Below are positions 29,886 through 40,703 of a DNA stretch of 64,000 nucleotides, one piece after another. Source of the DNA: Guillardia theta CCMP2712 (taxonomy: Eukaryota; Protista; Cryptophyta); contig NW_005434637.1 of the NCBI RefSeq assembly GCF_000315625.1, positions 319,985-383,984 of the forward strand, in the 5' to 3' direction. The position numbers and the translations under genes were made by a program. Below the pieces are notes generated by a model. It worked only from the letters and a program-made list of their open reading frames with translations. It did no database searches and had not been told where the DNA came from. Each line of letters opens with the position of its first letter. Position 1 is the stretch's first letter.

Positions 29886-31229
29886 TTTTGGAGAGCTGAA
29901 CTTTTGCGAACAGAGGTGAACATCTTCCGACTGAAAGTTTTCAGAGGTTCTACTTTTCAATATTCGTACCCCACCCCCTACCCCCATTTCCTCAAACTTT
30001 ACTCAAATTTAAATTAAAAATGATTGTTGTTAGCAACTCTCTTGTTATGACCCCCTTTTTGTCGACCCCTACCATATACCCATTGAAGGTACAATTGTAC
30101 CCTACCTACTGTCGGTATCTTCGGAATCTCCAGCTGAGCAGGGTACCCCACCTATACCCTCTACGCACACAAGAAATCATTGTCACTCCTACTACAAAAT
30201 ACCACCCCACCATAGTCACTGCTGCTTTAGTCTGCACCACCCTACCTCGTACACTTGAACTATTCAAATATTGGTCAAGCACCACCCACCCCCATCGACA
30301 AATCTCGGGGTCCCCCTCGCACAACAGCAAATTGGGACCACCTTACCATGGTTTTTAGCAGGAAATATACCGGTACTTTTGGATTCGCCTCCAAAAATGC
30401 GAACTCTGCTTGCTGTGACTACCCACCCCTCAGACTCTAGCTTCTGTGAACAGAACTCTTTTCGAATTTCCTTGTTCCTCTGCTGGTAGTACGACCACCC
30501 ACCCCCGTCCAAAGGAGACCTTCCCATAATGCATCCTTTTTGTGCCCATACCGAATGTTGTACCACCGGTACTTTTTCCTTTCACCCACCCACCCACCCC
30601 GGTCGGAATCGGCTGAGATCGCTGCTACAACTCCGTGCAAATTTGCTCCTGTCTTCTTCCACCCCCAGTCATCGATCCCTTGACGTCGTTGGTACCTCTT
30701 GCTTTCCCACTTACCCCGCTTCGATCCTTCCTCTCCTTCCCCCACTCCCTCGCTCTCCCTCCTTGCCCTCCTCACTCTCCTCTCTCTCCTCCTCCTACTT
30801 CCTTGTTCTGTACCACCATTATGGCCGCCACTGCCTGCTAAACTTTTCCCGAGCCCTCCTGTTCCCCGCACACAAAATTCTATTTCATCCTCTGAGCTCA
30901 AGCAGCCCAGCCTTCCCAACCACGTCAACTTATAACATACCTACTTCTCTCGCAAATCCTTTCCTGCTGTGACAACTCGCTGAAAGTGAACCCTCCCCTT
31001 GATTCTCATAGCGGCACTAGATTCTTTGTTATCGGCTGTACTTTCTTATCCCGAAATATTGGCACGCAACTTTCGTCGTCGACAAGCTTGGATCTGTATC
31101 TTCTGTGAGTGCAACTTGGATCGCAAAAGACTGGACCTCATTCGTTACCTGTGACATTCTAGACGAATCTCGGTCTGTGAATGGGCTTACATTTTACTTG
31201 CTGAGTCACGAGACAACTTGAAGACTCTC

Positions 31230-31586
31230 ATGGTACCGACGGGAAACAATTCCCGAAAGAAAGTTGAGGACTGGATAGAACAGTCTCAGGTTTACCGCAA
31301 TGTACAAACAGTTTCGCAGGGCTCGCACCCTCCTGCTATCACGACGGACTTGACCTCGTATCTCGGGGATTTCGGTGGAATTCTAAAGTCTGCATTCGAT
31401 TGGACGTTGCACAGCGTTGATGATGTGAGAGGAGATTCGAGCTCTGAGCAGCTTTCAGCTGAAGATAAGCCATCCCCTGTAGCAAGCAAACCACACTTGA
31501 GGAATGGCAACATTGCAATCTTCGAGCCAACCAAGCCTCACAAGCTCTCGAAATCCAACTCTCTTACTTCAGTCAGCAGGAAGTAA
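31230..31586 (+). CDS. Hypothetical protein (~118 aa, intronless)
   Basis: ATG-initiated ORF downstream of a promoter-like region; no motif. Confidence 0.4.
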   Translation: MVPTGNNSRKKVEDWIEQSQVYRNVQTVSQGSHPPAITTDLTSYLGDFGGILKSAFDWTLHSVDDVRGDSSSEQLSAEDKPSPVASKPHLRNGNIAIFEPTKPHKLSKSNSLTSVSRK

Positions 31587-32274
31587 AACATCCCAGCGAA
31601 AGTAAGACACAGATGTGCGAGGATCGCAATGTTCGATCTGAGCTACGTTGCCTTGTGAAAGGACCTTTCTGAGGTTTCCCTTCGACAGTGGACGGAGCAT
31701 GTTATGTGCGCACTAGTGATCAAATCCTGTTGTTACCATCGCGATGGTGCCCAATTCTTCTCAGCTGCTTGCAAAACTTGTATTGATTCGGGATCAGCCG
31801 AGTTTGTTAAGCCGTGATTATTATTTCAAGTTCAAGGTCAATTTGTTGGAGTTGTATTGTACAAAGTTGTTGAATGCTGCCTTTTTTGTTTCTGTATTTG
31901 GTACACTAGTAACTTTAGGAAGTTTCCCAGTGGTGTGCAATGTGAAGTCGAAATATCTCTTTTTCTGTGAGAATCATGAATAAACGAGAAAATACAAACA
32001 ACGCAATAACAACTCTATCTTATATAGCCTTCATCGCTAGCAAATTGCAAGTGCCTGCTCAACAAAACATTATCAGTCTACATCAAGCTACTCAATCTAC
32101 GAGGTCGATTTGACATTGTCAGGTACGATCTACTCAGTGCCTGCTTCCTTCCACCTGCCTTCCCCTCCATTTCCTGTCCTTGCAATCAGAGAAGCAAAAA
32201 AAAGTCATTCGCATATCAAGGTACTGGCTGCCATCTCAGCGGGATGCGCGGGAAGAAAGGAACGAGTTCGCATA

Positions 32275-33599
32275 ATGCTCGGGAGGAGATCGAAATCGAT
32301 TCGGCCGGAGTGTACGAAGGTCATGCCAGCAACGGAGCTCAACGACCTGTTGTTCCCCTCCCCTCGGAGCCCACGTGAAAACCTAGATTGAGGGCTTTGA
32401 CTCGAATGGCTGAGACGAGCTTGAAACAGGCTGACGAACGGAGCTGACCACAAGGAGGAGGAGGAGGAGGAGGAGGAGAATGGTTTCGAGCACGTCCCCT
32501 CCCCTAAGAACGTCAATGGCAAGAAAAAGCAAAAGGTTATATGCGCAACGCTGGCATGACCACTCTCCCTTCAAAATAAGCTGATCCCGCTATTTATCAG
32601 GAAGAGGAAGAGGAGGAGGATGAAGAGGAGGAGGAGGATGACGACGACCTTGCTGAGAAATTCACAGAGGTCTGTTGACGTTCATCCTGAGCTCTTTCCT
32701 CCTGCTGCTAACGTGAGAGCGCGCAAGGCCTTCAACCAGGTTGACACGGAAGGCGAAGGTCTGATCCTGGCAGAGCAGCTGGGATTGGTCCTAGAGATCC
32801 TCGGCATCGTCGTGGGACAAGAGGAGCTGGAGGAGCTGATAGCAGATATGACGGATGACCTGGATGGAGGGACAGCAGGGACTATTCTGCTGGATGACTT
32901 TGTCGAGGTTTGCTAGGACGGCGCGATCGCCTTTTGTTCTCACGTTTGCGATGTTAGGTGATGATAGCAAGGCACAAAGGGTGATGTCATAACGAGGAGT
33001 AAGAGGGGATGGTGGTCGTGATTGCAGTTTTCTTGTTTGTGCAGACAAGAGCTGTCGGATGAAGAGTTGAAAGAAGCTTTCTCGGTCTTCGACGTTGACG
33101 ACGTCGGGTTCATCACGGCCAAGGACGTTCGCGCAGTCCTCCTCCTCCTCCTGGATCTGCAGACAAAGGTCTGTGCTATCATACGCACTCCTTCCCCTCC
33201 ATCTGATTGAACACATCAGCCTGAAGAGATTGATGAGATGTTCAAAGCTACAACAAGGGATCCACAGGTATTCATTTCATGCAATCATGCAGACTGTCTG
33301 GTCGAGCTCCATGGCAGGGGCGGGTTACCTACGAAGAGTTCCGCGACATCATACGATGGCGTCCTCCGACCATGAAGCTCGCCAGCAGTGAGTTGCGGTA
33401 TGAGAGCAGAGATTTGGACATGATACGATCTTGCAGCCGGCAAAGCGGACGAGAAGCAAAAGGCATAAAACTCAAACTTTACAGTCTTGTTACAAACATG
33501 CACTATACACTGAAACCTTACAGTCCTCAGGTGTGGGGTCTTGAGCCCCCTTCTATCTGTGCCTTCTCTTCTCTGGTCTTTTCTCCCTTGAGGAAGTGA
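32275..33599 (+). CDS. Calmodulin/centrin-like four-EF-hand protein with acidic N-terminal extension
   Basis: AFNQVDTEGEGLI..ELEELIADM..GTILLDDFVE; ELKEAFSVFDVDDVGFITAKDVR; PEEIDEMF..GRVTYEEF. Ends uncertain. Confidence 0.8.
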
Positions 33600-35290
33600 C
33601 TTTACAATGTTGAACGATTGCCTCTCGTACGATTTCCCTTCCGACGTTCCCTTCCTGCTCCCTTTGCATACTAGTGAGGGCAGAACTGCCTGACAAGATC
33701 CCCCTTACCATCCTAACGCCGAAACAGACATGCAGAACTCGGCAGCGTTACAGGATCGCAAGCTTCAGAGACAAGTCAGAGGTGGTTTCTTCCCTGTGAC
33801 CCGCCTGTCCTCACCTGCTTGCCGGCACTAGCAGCCTCAGCATCCACACGAGACACTCCACCTCGCTCCTGCCAATGTCTCGTGACTCCCCTCGTAGATC
33901 TCTCTGGAGTCCAGGGTCACACAACACTCTGGCACTTTGTTACAGAGCAAGCATGAGGACCGTAAGATCCTTGATCAAGGGAAGGTAGAGATTGAACAGG
34001 AAGCAGTCAGCCAGGTCTTGCGTCAGCTCTTGACGTCCACTGTTGGCGGCGCATCCTCTGCAAACGACCTGAGGCTCCATCAGATTCTGAACGCACGGAT
34101 CTCAATCGTCTTCACGTAGAGATCGAGGCTCGTCCATCGATACCCTTGAGGGCTAGGAGGAGGGCTTGACGGCACATCAGACACCAAGTGGCAATGAACC
34201 CCTACAAAGCTCACCATACATCTCCATCTGAAGGAGAGCCTGCTGCGGTGAAGAGATGCAGCAGCGCTCCGTACCTCAGCATGCAAACCCTCTTACATGT
34301 GGTGACATACTGTGCAGGTAGAGGATCTTGCTCGAAACTCCTGGCGCACGCCTCGAAGTCTCCTGCCTCCTTCATCCGAGCAACGAGGCGCTCTTTCAGA
34401 TCGAGCACTTGGCTGGTGAGCGACAGCAGGAGAACCTGACCTCAGAGTCATCCCCACCAACGTTCGTCAGTGAAAATCTGCTCACTTGCATCCCGACGGT
34501 GTCCTCCTGCTCCCCATCCATGTCGTTTTCCTCATGCTTGGCGATCTCCCTCTTCTCCTCGAGACTCCCCTCCCCGCTCAACCGCCATGGCCTCGATCTG
34601 TCACGCCCTACGACAGGGCCCAGGAACTCGACGGGGTGCACCAGGAGGGGCTCGTAGAGAGGAGGAGCTACCAGCAAGGTTGGCCTGCAGAACGAAGATC
34701 GGTTCGAGATGGCGAGGTCGCGCTTTCAAGGATCTCACCCGATCGGCTGCTTGCTGCATGGGTTCAAGGTCGGGAGAGGAAGGCTCCGCATGAAGCACAT
34801 CTGCATGCTTCGGCTCTCGGGGTCTTGGGAGGACTTGACGTACAGCCGGTGGACGCTAGGGATCCGGGGCCTCTGTGTGGTGGTGAGCACCAAAAGGAAG
34901 AGTATAGATCGGGAGAGGGAGGGAGGGAGGGAGGGAGGGAGGGGAGGGAGGGAGGAGCACAATGCAGGATCGGCTCCCATGTACTAGAGAACAGGAGGGA
35001 TTCATGAAAGACGAAGGGAGAAACTGGAAGGTATGGTATGTCGTGAGGAGCTGGAAGGATCAGGGCAGTGGAGTGGAGTGGAGTGGAGGGGAGGGGAGGG
35101 GAGGGGAGGAGAGGAGAGGAGAGAGGAGAGGAGAGGAGAGAGGAGAGGAGAGAGGAGGGAGGAGGGGAGAGGGGAGGAGAGGAGACATGGGAGGAGGGGA
35201 GGGGAGGGGAGGGGAGAGACAAGGAGAGGAGAGAGAAGGGGGGAGGAGGTTGTTAGGAAGGTCTCTGCCCACCTCCGCTCTCCCCGACAT
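33600..35290 (-). CDS. Hypothetical multi-exon protein
   Basis: ATG 35290 (MSGRAE|gt) and successive exon-like ORFs (34396-34677, 34211-34408) joined by short GT-AG introns; family not recognised; 3' end uncertain. Confidence 0.45.
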
Positions 35291-35391
35291 TATTCCACCC
35301 AGCGCTTGTACCCCAACCCATCAAAAATCTATGAAATGTACCGGTATATACACATATCTACATTGTACCTCCTGCGTTCTGCAGGCCGCCC

Positions 35392-38072
35392 ATGGACGTC
35401 GTAGCGAATGCAATGCCGGTATTGGAAGCGAGGACGCAGAGGAGGAGGAGGAAGGAGGAGGAGGAGAGTGCATGAAACCAGGAGCAGCTAGGCAGGGAAG
35501 ATGTTGGCTGAAGGGGGTCGAAGGTGGAGGAAGATGTCCTTGAAGGCATGCCGTCTAGAAGGATGAGGACAGGAGCAGGCAAGGGAGGGAGGGAAGGAAG
35601 GAGGGAGGGAGGGAGGGAGGGAGGGAGGGAAGGAGGGAGCGAGCGAGGGAGGGAGGGAGGGAGGGAGGGAGGGAGCGAGGGAGCGAGGGAGCGAGGGAGC
35701 GAGGGAGGGAGCGAGGGAGCGAGGGAGCGAGGGAGGTCAGGGAGGGAGGTCAGGGAGGGAGGGGAGGGAGGGAGGCGAGTGAGGGAGGGAGGTCAGGGAG
35801 GGAGGTCAGGGAGGGAGGTCAGGGAGGGAGGGAGGGAGAGGGTATCAAAGGGTCTCCACCATTAGCTATCTCATGCTGCTCTGTAGCTCGACAACTGTGG
35901 CGCGGCCTTCAGAGAGATGTATCTTCATGACGAGCTCTGCGACATCACCGTCAGTGTCTCCTCAAAGTCCCACGAGCATGCGCAGGGAGTATGCGCGGAG
36001 AGAGAGTTCAGAGCGCACAGGGTGGCGCTGGCGTCGGTGAGCCCAGTGCTGAGGAGGATGCTGTTGAGCTCCTTCAAGGAGGGGCAAACGAATGAGATCG
36101 CCCTGTACGACATGGACCCTGACATCTTCGCGAAAGTCGTTGACTTCATCTACCTCGGCAGCGTGCATGTGAGCTCGGTGGAGGAGATGTTCATGGTCGG
36201 AAAGGTCTCCGATCGCCTTGACATCGCGATGCTGAGCGACTGCATCCTGTCGATCGCCTCCTCCAAGATCTCTGACGACAACTGCTGGTCCATCCTCAAG
36301 GGGTCGCGCAGCTGCGGCCTGTCCAGCATTGCGGAGAGCGCGATGAGGTACGTGCTCGAGAACTTCGAGAGGGTCGCCGATCGCGCCGGGTTCCTAGCAA
36401 CAGAAGAAGAGATCCTGGCAGACATCCTCGCGTCGCACGACCTCGTGTGCCAGTCAGAGGAGAAGATCTACGAGATACTCCTCACTTGGATAGAGCAGGC
36501 GAACAAGGACAGGGTCAAGGAGGAGGAGGACAAGGAGGGGGGCGGAAAGGAGCAGGGGTGGCAGGAGAAGGAGGAGGACAAGAAGCAGGAGGAGAGCGTA
36601 AGGGGGATCAGGCTGCTCCACCACGTTCGGTTCCCGCTCATGGACGGGGAGTACCTCGCGCTAGAGATCAACCAGAAAGAATCTTTCATCTCTCAACAGC
36701 CTCTCTTGAAGGCCCTCACCACCGAGGCTGCCATGTGGCAGCTGGTGCCGGCGAGATCGAAGCACATGTACCGCCTCGACAAGCTATCGGAGAGAGTCTT
36801 GCTGCCCAGGAAGAGGAGCTGGCTGATGAAGGGGAGCCGGATCCGCCATGTCCTCCAGGGGCACTGCGAGGAGGTCCAGGCGCTCAAGATTCACGAGGAT
36901 AGGCTGATCTCTGGGTCTGTGGACACGACGATCAGGGTCTGGAACACTCGCAGCTGCACGTGCGAGCATCAGCTTCGTCGGCATCGAGGAGCAGTATGCG
37001 CACTAGAGGTGGCGATGGACCTGCTGTTCAGCGGGAGCGTCGACAGGACTGTCTGTGTGTGGAGCACGGAGGGCTGGACTTGCCTGCACGTGCTTGCTGG
37101 GCACGTGAAGTCTGTGTTTGCCCTGAAGGTCGTGGGTGGACAACTGTTCTCTGGGAGTGACGATGGGGAGATTAAGATCTGGGAGATGAAGGAGTTCAAC
37201 TCGGGCAAGGAGGATGTTGAGATTGTACCCTCGCAGACCCTGGCGATGCACAGGAAAGCCGTTTGTGCGCTGGAGGCCAACGACAAACATGGTGTGATGA
37301 GGAGAGAAGAGGGGCGAGAGGAGCTCGGGATATTGGGGAGGGAAGGGAAGCGAGAGGGAGAATGAGCGAGAAAGAGAGGGCAGAGGGCAGAGGGCAGAGG
37401 GCAGAGGGCAGAGGGTCGTGGTGTTGTTAGGGGGGAGGGGAAAAAGAAAGGGAAAGGGAAAGACGGAGTCAACCGAGTGAGTCAACCGAGTGGTTTTAGC
37501 TTCTCACCCTTCGACAGTTTTCAGTGGATCCTTCGACGGGACTATCAGGCTGTGGAACAGGTGAGGCTCCGGGGTACTGAATCACTCCCGGTCCTGAAGA
37601 GCCTGTACGCTGCAGGAAGACTTTGAAGTCGTCGGAGCTGCTGACTGGACATGATGGCGGAGTATGCACGATGGTGCTGAGTGAAAACCTCCTCATCTCG
37701 GGCTTCATGGACATCAGAGTCTGGGACTTGAACAGCATGCTCCTGCAGATGACGCTGCGATGGGACTCGGGAGGTTCAGTCCTCCTCCTGTACTCCCTCC
37801 TTCCCTCCTCCTCCTCCCTTGCTGCACCCTGCCGCCTGCCTGCTGCTGACATCTTCTCCCGTCACTGTCGCTCAGGCATCAACGAGCTTCTCGTGGTGGA
37901 CCGCAAGCTCATCGGAGCCTTCGACGACTCGCTGATTCGCGTGTGGGACATCAACAACTGGGAGATGGAAAGGACGCTGGAGGGGAATGTCGGCGCCGTC
38001 TATGCCATCGCCATGGATGGCAGCAGGTTGTACAGCGCCTCCTACGACAGCTGCATCCGCGTTTGGTACTGA
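35392..38072 (+). CDS. BTB/POZ-BACK-WD40 protein; start uncertain
   Basis: LCDITV..EFRAHRVALASVSPVLRRM..FKEG (BTB); SEEKIYEILLTWI..LLHHVRFPLM (BACK); about seven GH..SGS.D.TIRVW repeats. Confidence 0.9.
35582..35840. repeat. Purine-rich (GGGA/GAGC/GGTCA) intronic repeat
   Basis: Direct inspection. Confidence 0.9.
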
Positions 38073-38226
38073 GCGCGAATGTTCGAGTATGTACATAACA
38101 TGTTACAAGTAGACAAATAACTAGACAAGTGCGAAGAATCACAGCCCTCCGCTCTTCTCTCCCCCCCCCCCCTGCCCCAACTCCAACCCGCCTCCACTCC
38201 TCTCTCATTTCATCGTTCTCTGCTCC

Positions 38227-40221
38227 TCACAAGGACGATCTGGAGAAGACTCTGACATCTTCTACCTCCTGAACGACATCTTCAGCCGCGGCATCCTCGG
38301 CAACTGCACAACCATCACGCACGACCAGACTCAGAGGAGAAGAGCTCACGTCGTTGGAGCTGCGACGCGCCTGCTCCTCCTGCTGCATGCGGAGCAGCTT
38401 CTGCGCCTGCACAACTGCATCCTTTGCGCCAACAATGGCATCTTTCGTCATCATCTGCTGGAACTATCACCATCCCGGGGGGGGGGGGGGGGGAGGCTGG
38501 GAAACCCGAGGGGGGACTGGGGGGGGGGGGTGAAACAGATTCTCCAGCTTCTGGATTTCCTGCGACTTTGCGAGGTTCAGTGGAGAGGGTAAGAGAGGAG
38601 GAGGAGGAGGAGGAGGAGGAGGAGGAGAACCTGTTGTACGATCTTGCTGTTCAGTTGGTCGAACTCACGGGACGGTGCTTGAGCGGAGGAATCAGGTTGA
38701 GCCTTCGGGACTGTGACTTTTCTCTTTAAGTCCGTCCTTTCCTTCTGCTGCTGCTGCTGCTGCTGCCGCCGCCGCCGCCTGTTCTTGGATTTCTCCTGAC
38801 CTCGAGCTGCAGGAATCTGTACTTCTATCGTCTGACCTCCTGCAGTTCCAACAGGTAGCACAACGCTCTCAAGGCCATGGCCAGGGACGTCAAACTCGAA
38901 ATTCTGATGACACGGTTAGCAGAGAAGCCAGGTACAGGCGCCACGTCACCTGCCCTGCTTTCAAGTTCGCCGGCACCTTCACCATGTAGATGGAAGGCTG
39001 GGATGAGTTGCGCTGCTTCGCTTTCAGGGAGACCCTCTCCAAGGCTTTCTGCCGGAGGGTCTGCGCCTTGACCTGCTCGTGAATCAGAGGATGGAGAGGA
39101 CGACGAGAGGTCCGACCTGCTGCTGCAAGTTGACTCTGTGCGCTGCAACCTCCTTCGACTTCATCATCTGACTCACACCCTCTTGCTCCCTCTCGACTAC
39201 AAACAAGCCCATCAGCATCCTCTCATGTTGACAGGACCGTCATTCACCAAGAGCAGGCTTGTAGCTTGGTTCCACAGTGGGAGCAGACGCTTCAGGACCT
39301 TGCTCATACCGTTCGGCCTATCATGTCAGAGTGAGCAAGAAGTTCCTTCATGCCCTCCTCTTCTACCACGTAAGGGCTCCTGCTAACAGGGGCGACGGCG
39401 TAGGGGGAATAGCTCAAAGGGTATTGATACTGGTACCCAACAAACGACGGTACTCCAGGCGCACCCTACCAAAGTTTCTCAGCCCCTCAACTGAGTCGTG
39501 GGGACAATCTTGGAGAACTCACCGGAAAGCCTGGATCTCCTTTCTCACCTGCCCATCGCCCTTTCGTCAGTTCTGATCACTAGCTCCTCCATCCTCCACA
39601 CCCACCTCTCATGCCTTCAGGGCCAGGAGGGCCAGGGGGACCCGGGGGACCCGGCAGGCCAGCGATCCCTACGTCTTCACCCTGATGAGTCTGGACGAAC
39701 TTGAGCTCGTTCTCCACCCCGGCGACTTGGTCAGCTAGCGAGGACACGGCAGATGCGATCTTCCTCTCTGCCAATGTGTTGAGCTTGGATATGCGCATGA
39801 GCCGACCAACTTCGAACCCCATCCTCTCCTCGCTCCAAGGCTGCGCAGGTTTCGATGCATCTGCATATGGAGCGGCAACATAGCCCGTGCTGGGGGCTGG
39901 GCTTGGGTTGACGTAAGGGTATCCGTAAGAAGCATAGGGAGCAGCATAAGATGTGTAGCTGTAACTGTATGGCGACGGCGCATAGGTCGGGCTATAGGTC
40001 GGGCTATAGGTCGTCTGCATGGCTGGGTATGAGGGATAGGTGTAGGTGCTCTGCAGAAGCTGCTGAGGGAGCGCGTCATCGCTTCTTGAAGAGGCCAGGG
40101 CGACGATCGCGATGGCCAAGAGGGCAGCAGACAGGCACGACACTACCCATCGACGTGCATCGCTCTTCGCACCGAGCCGAGGAGCCACCACTAGCGCCTC
40201 TATGCGGACACCCAGCTGCAT
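38227..40221 (-). CDS. Type II membrane or secreted protein with Tyr/Pro/Ser-rich region, coiled coil and short collagen-like G-X-Y repeat; multi-exon, joining of 3' exons tentative
   Basis: Hydrophobic WVVSCLSAALLAIAIVALA; YSPT repeats; GIAGLPGPPGPPGPPGPEGMRG|GEKGDPGFP; later LPVGTAGGQTIEVQIP. Confidence 0.55.
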
Positions 40222-40299
40222 GTCCCCTGCTGATCTTGACCAGCAACCTTCCTCCCACCTCATCGCCCACTCATTGCCGCTCCTGGACCCGATATAGCG

Positions 40300-40380
40300 T
40301 GTGCCCTCGTCCCCCCGCAGTGCCCGGGCCCCGGGTCTCGGGCCAGTCTGGGGCCCATTGACATTCACTGAGCTCAGTCA
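40300..40380. repeat. Short GC-rich palindrome island between divergent genes
   Basis: gcccgggccccggg, gggccc, actgagctcagt. Confidence 0.45.
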
Positions 40381-40703
40381 ATGAATGATCTCCTTGCATC
40401 GCCCTGCGTGCTAGCTAGTGCGCCATGGCTCGACGGCCGCATCTGGAGGAGAGGGTATGAAGGCAAGGGAGGGAGAGCAGCGCGAGAGAGTGGATGAGAG
40501 GAGACGGAGTTTGAAGCGAACATGGCGGCTGATGGCAGTGAGTGCCAGAGTTTGTTGGAGGAGCGCGGGCGCGGATTTCTCCACTGATGGTGACTGGCAA
40601 CCTGGGACGCAGCATGGAGGGCTGCAGCGCGACTTCTGATCAGCTTCGAGCGACTTCAAGGAGGCAGAGGATGCTGAAACTTCAGGCAGAAAGGGTTCGT
40701 GGG

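Noticed and set aside
33600-35290. Ubiquitin-like or CENP-L assignment for the minus-strand gene
   Set aside because: Only a few residues of resemblance; not supportable without a profile search.
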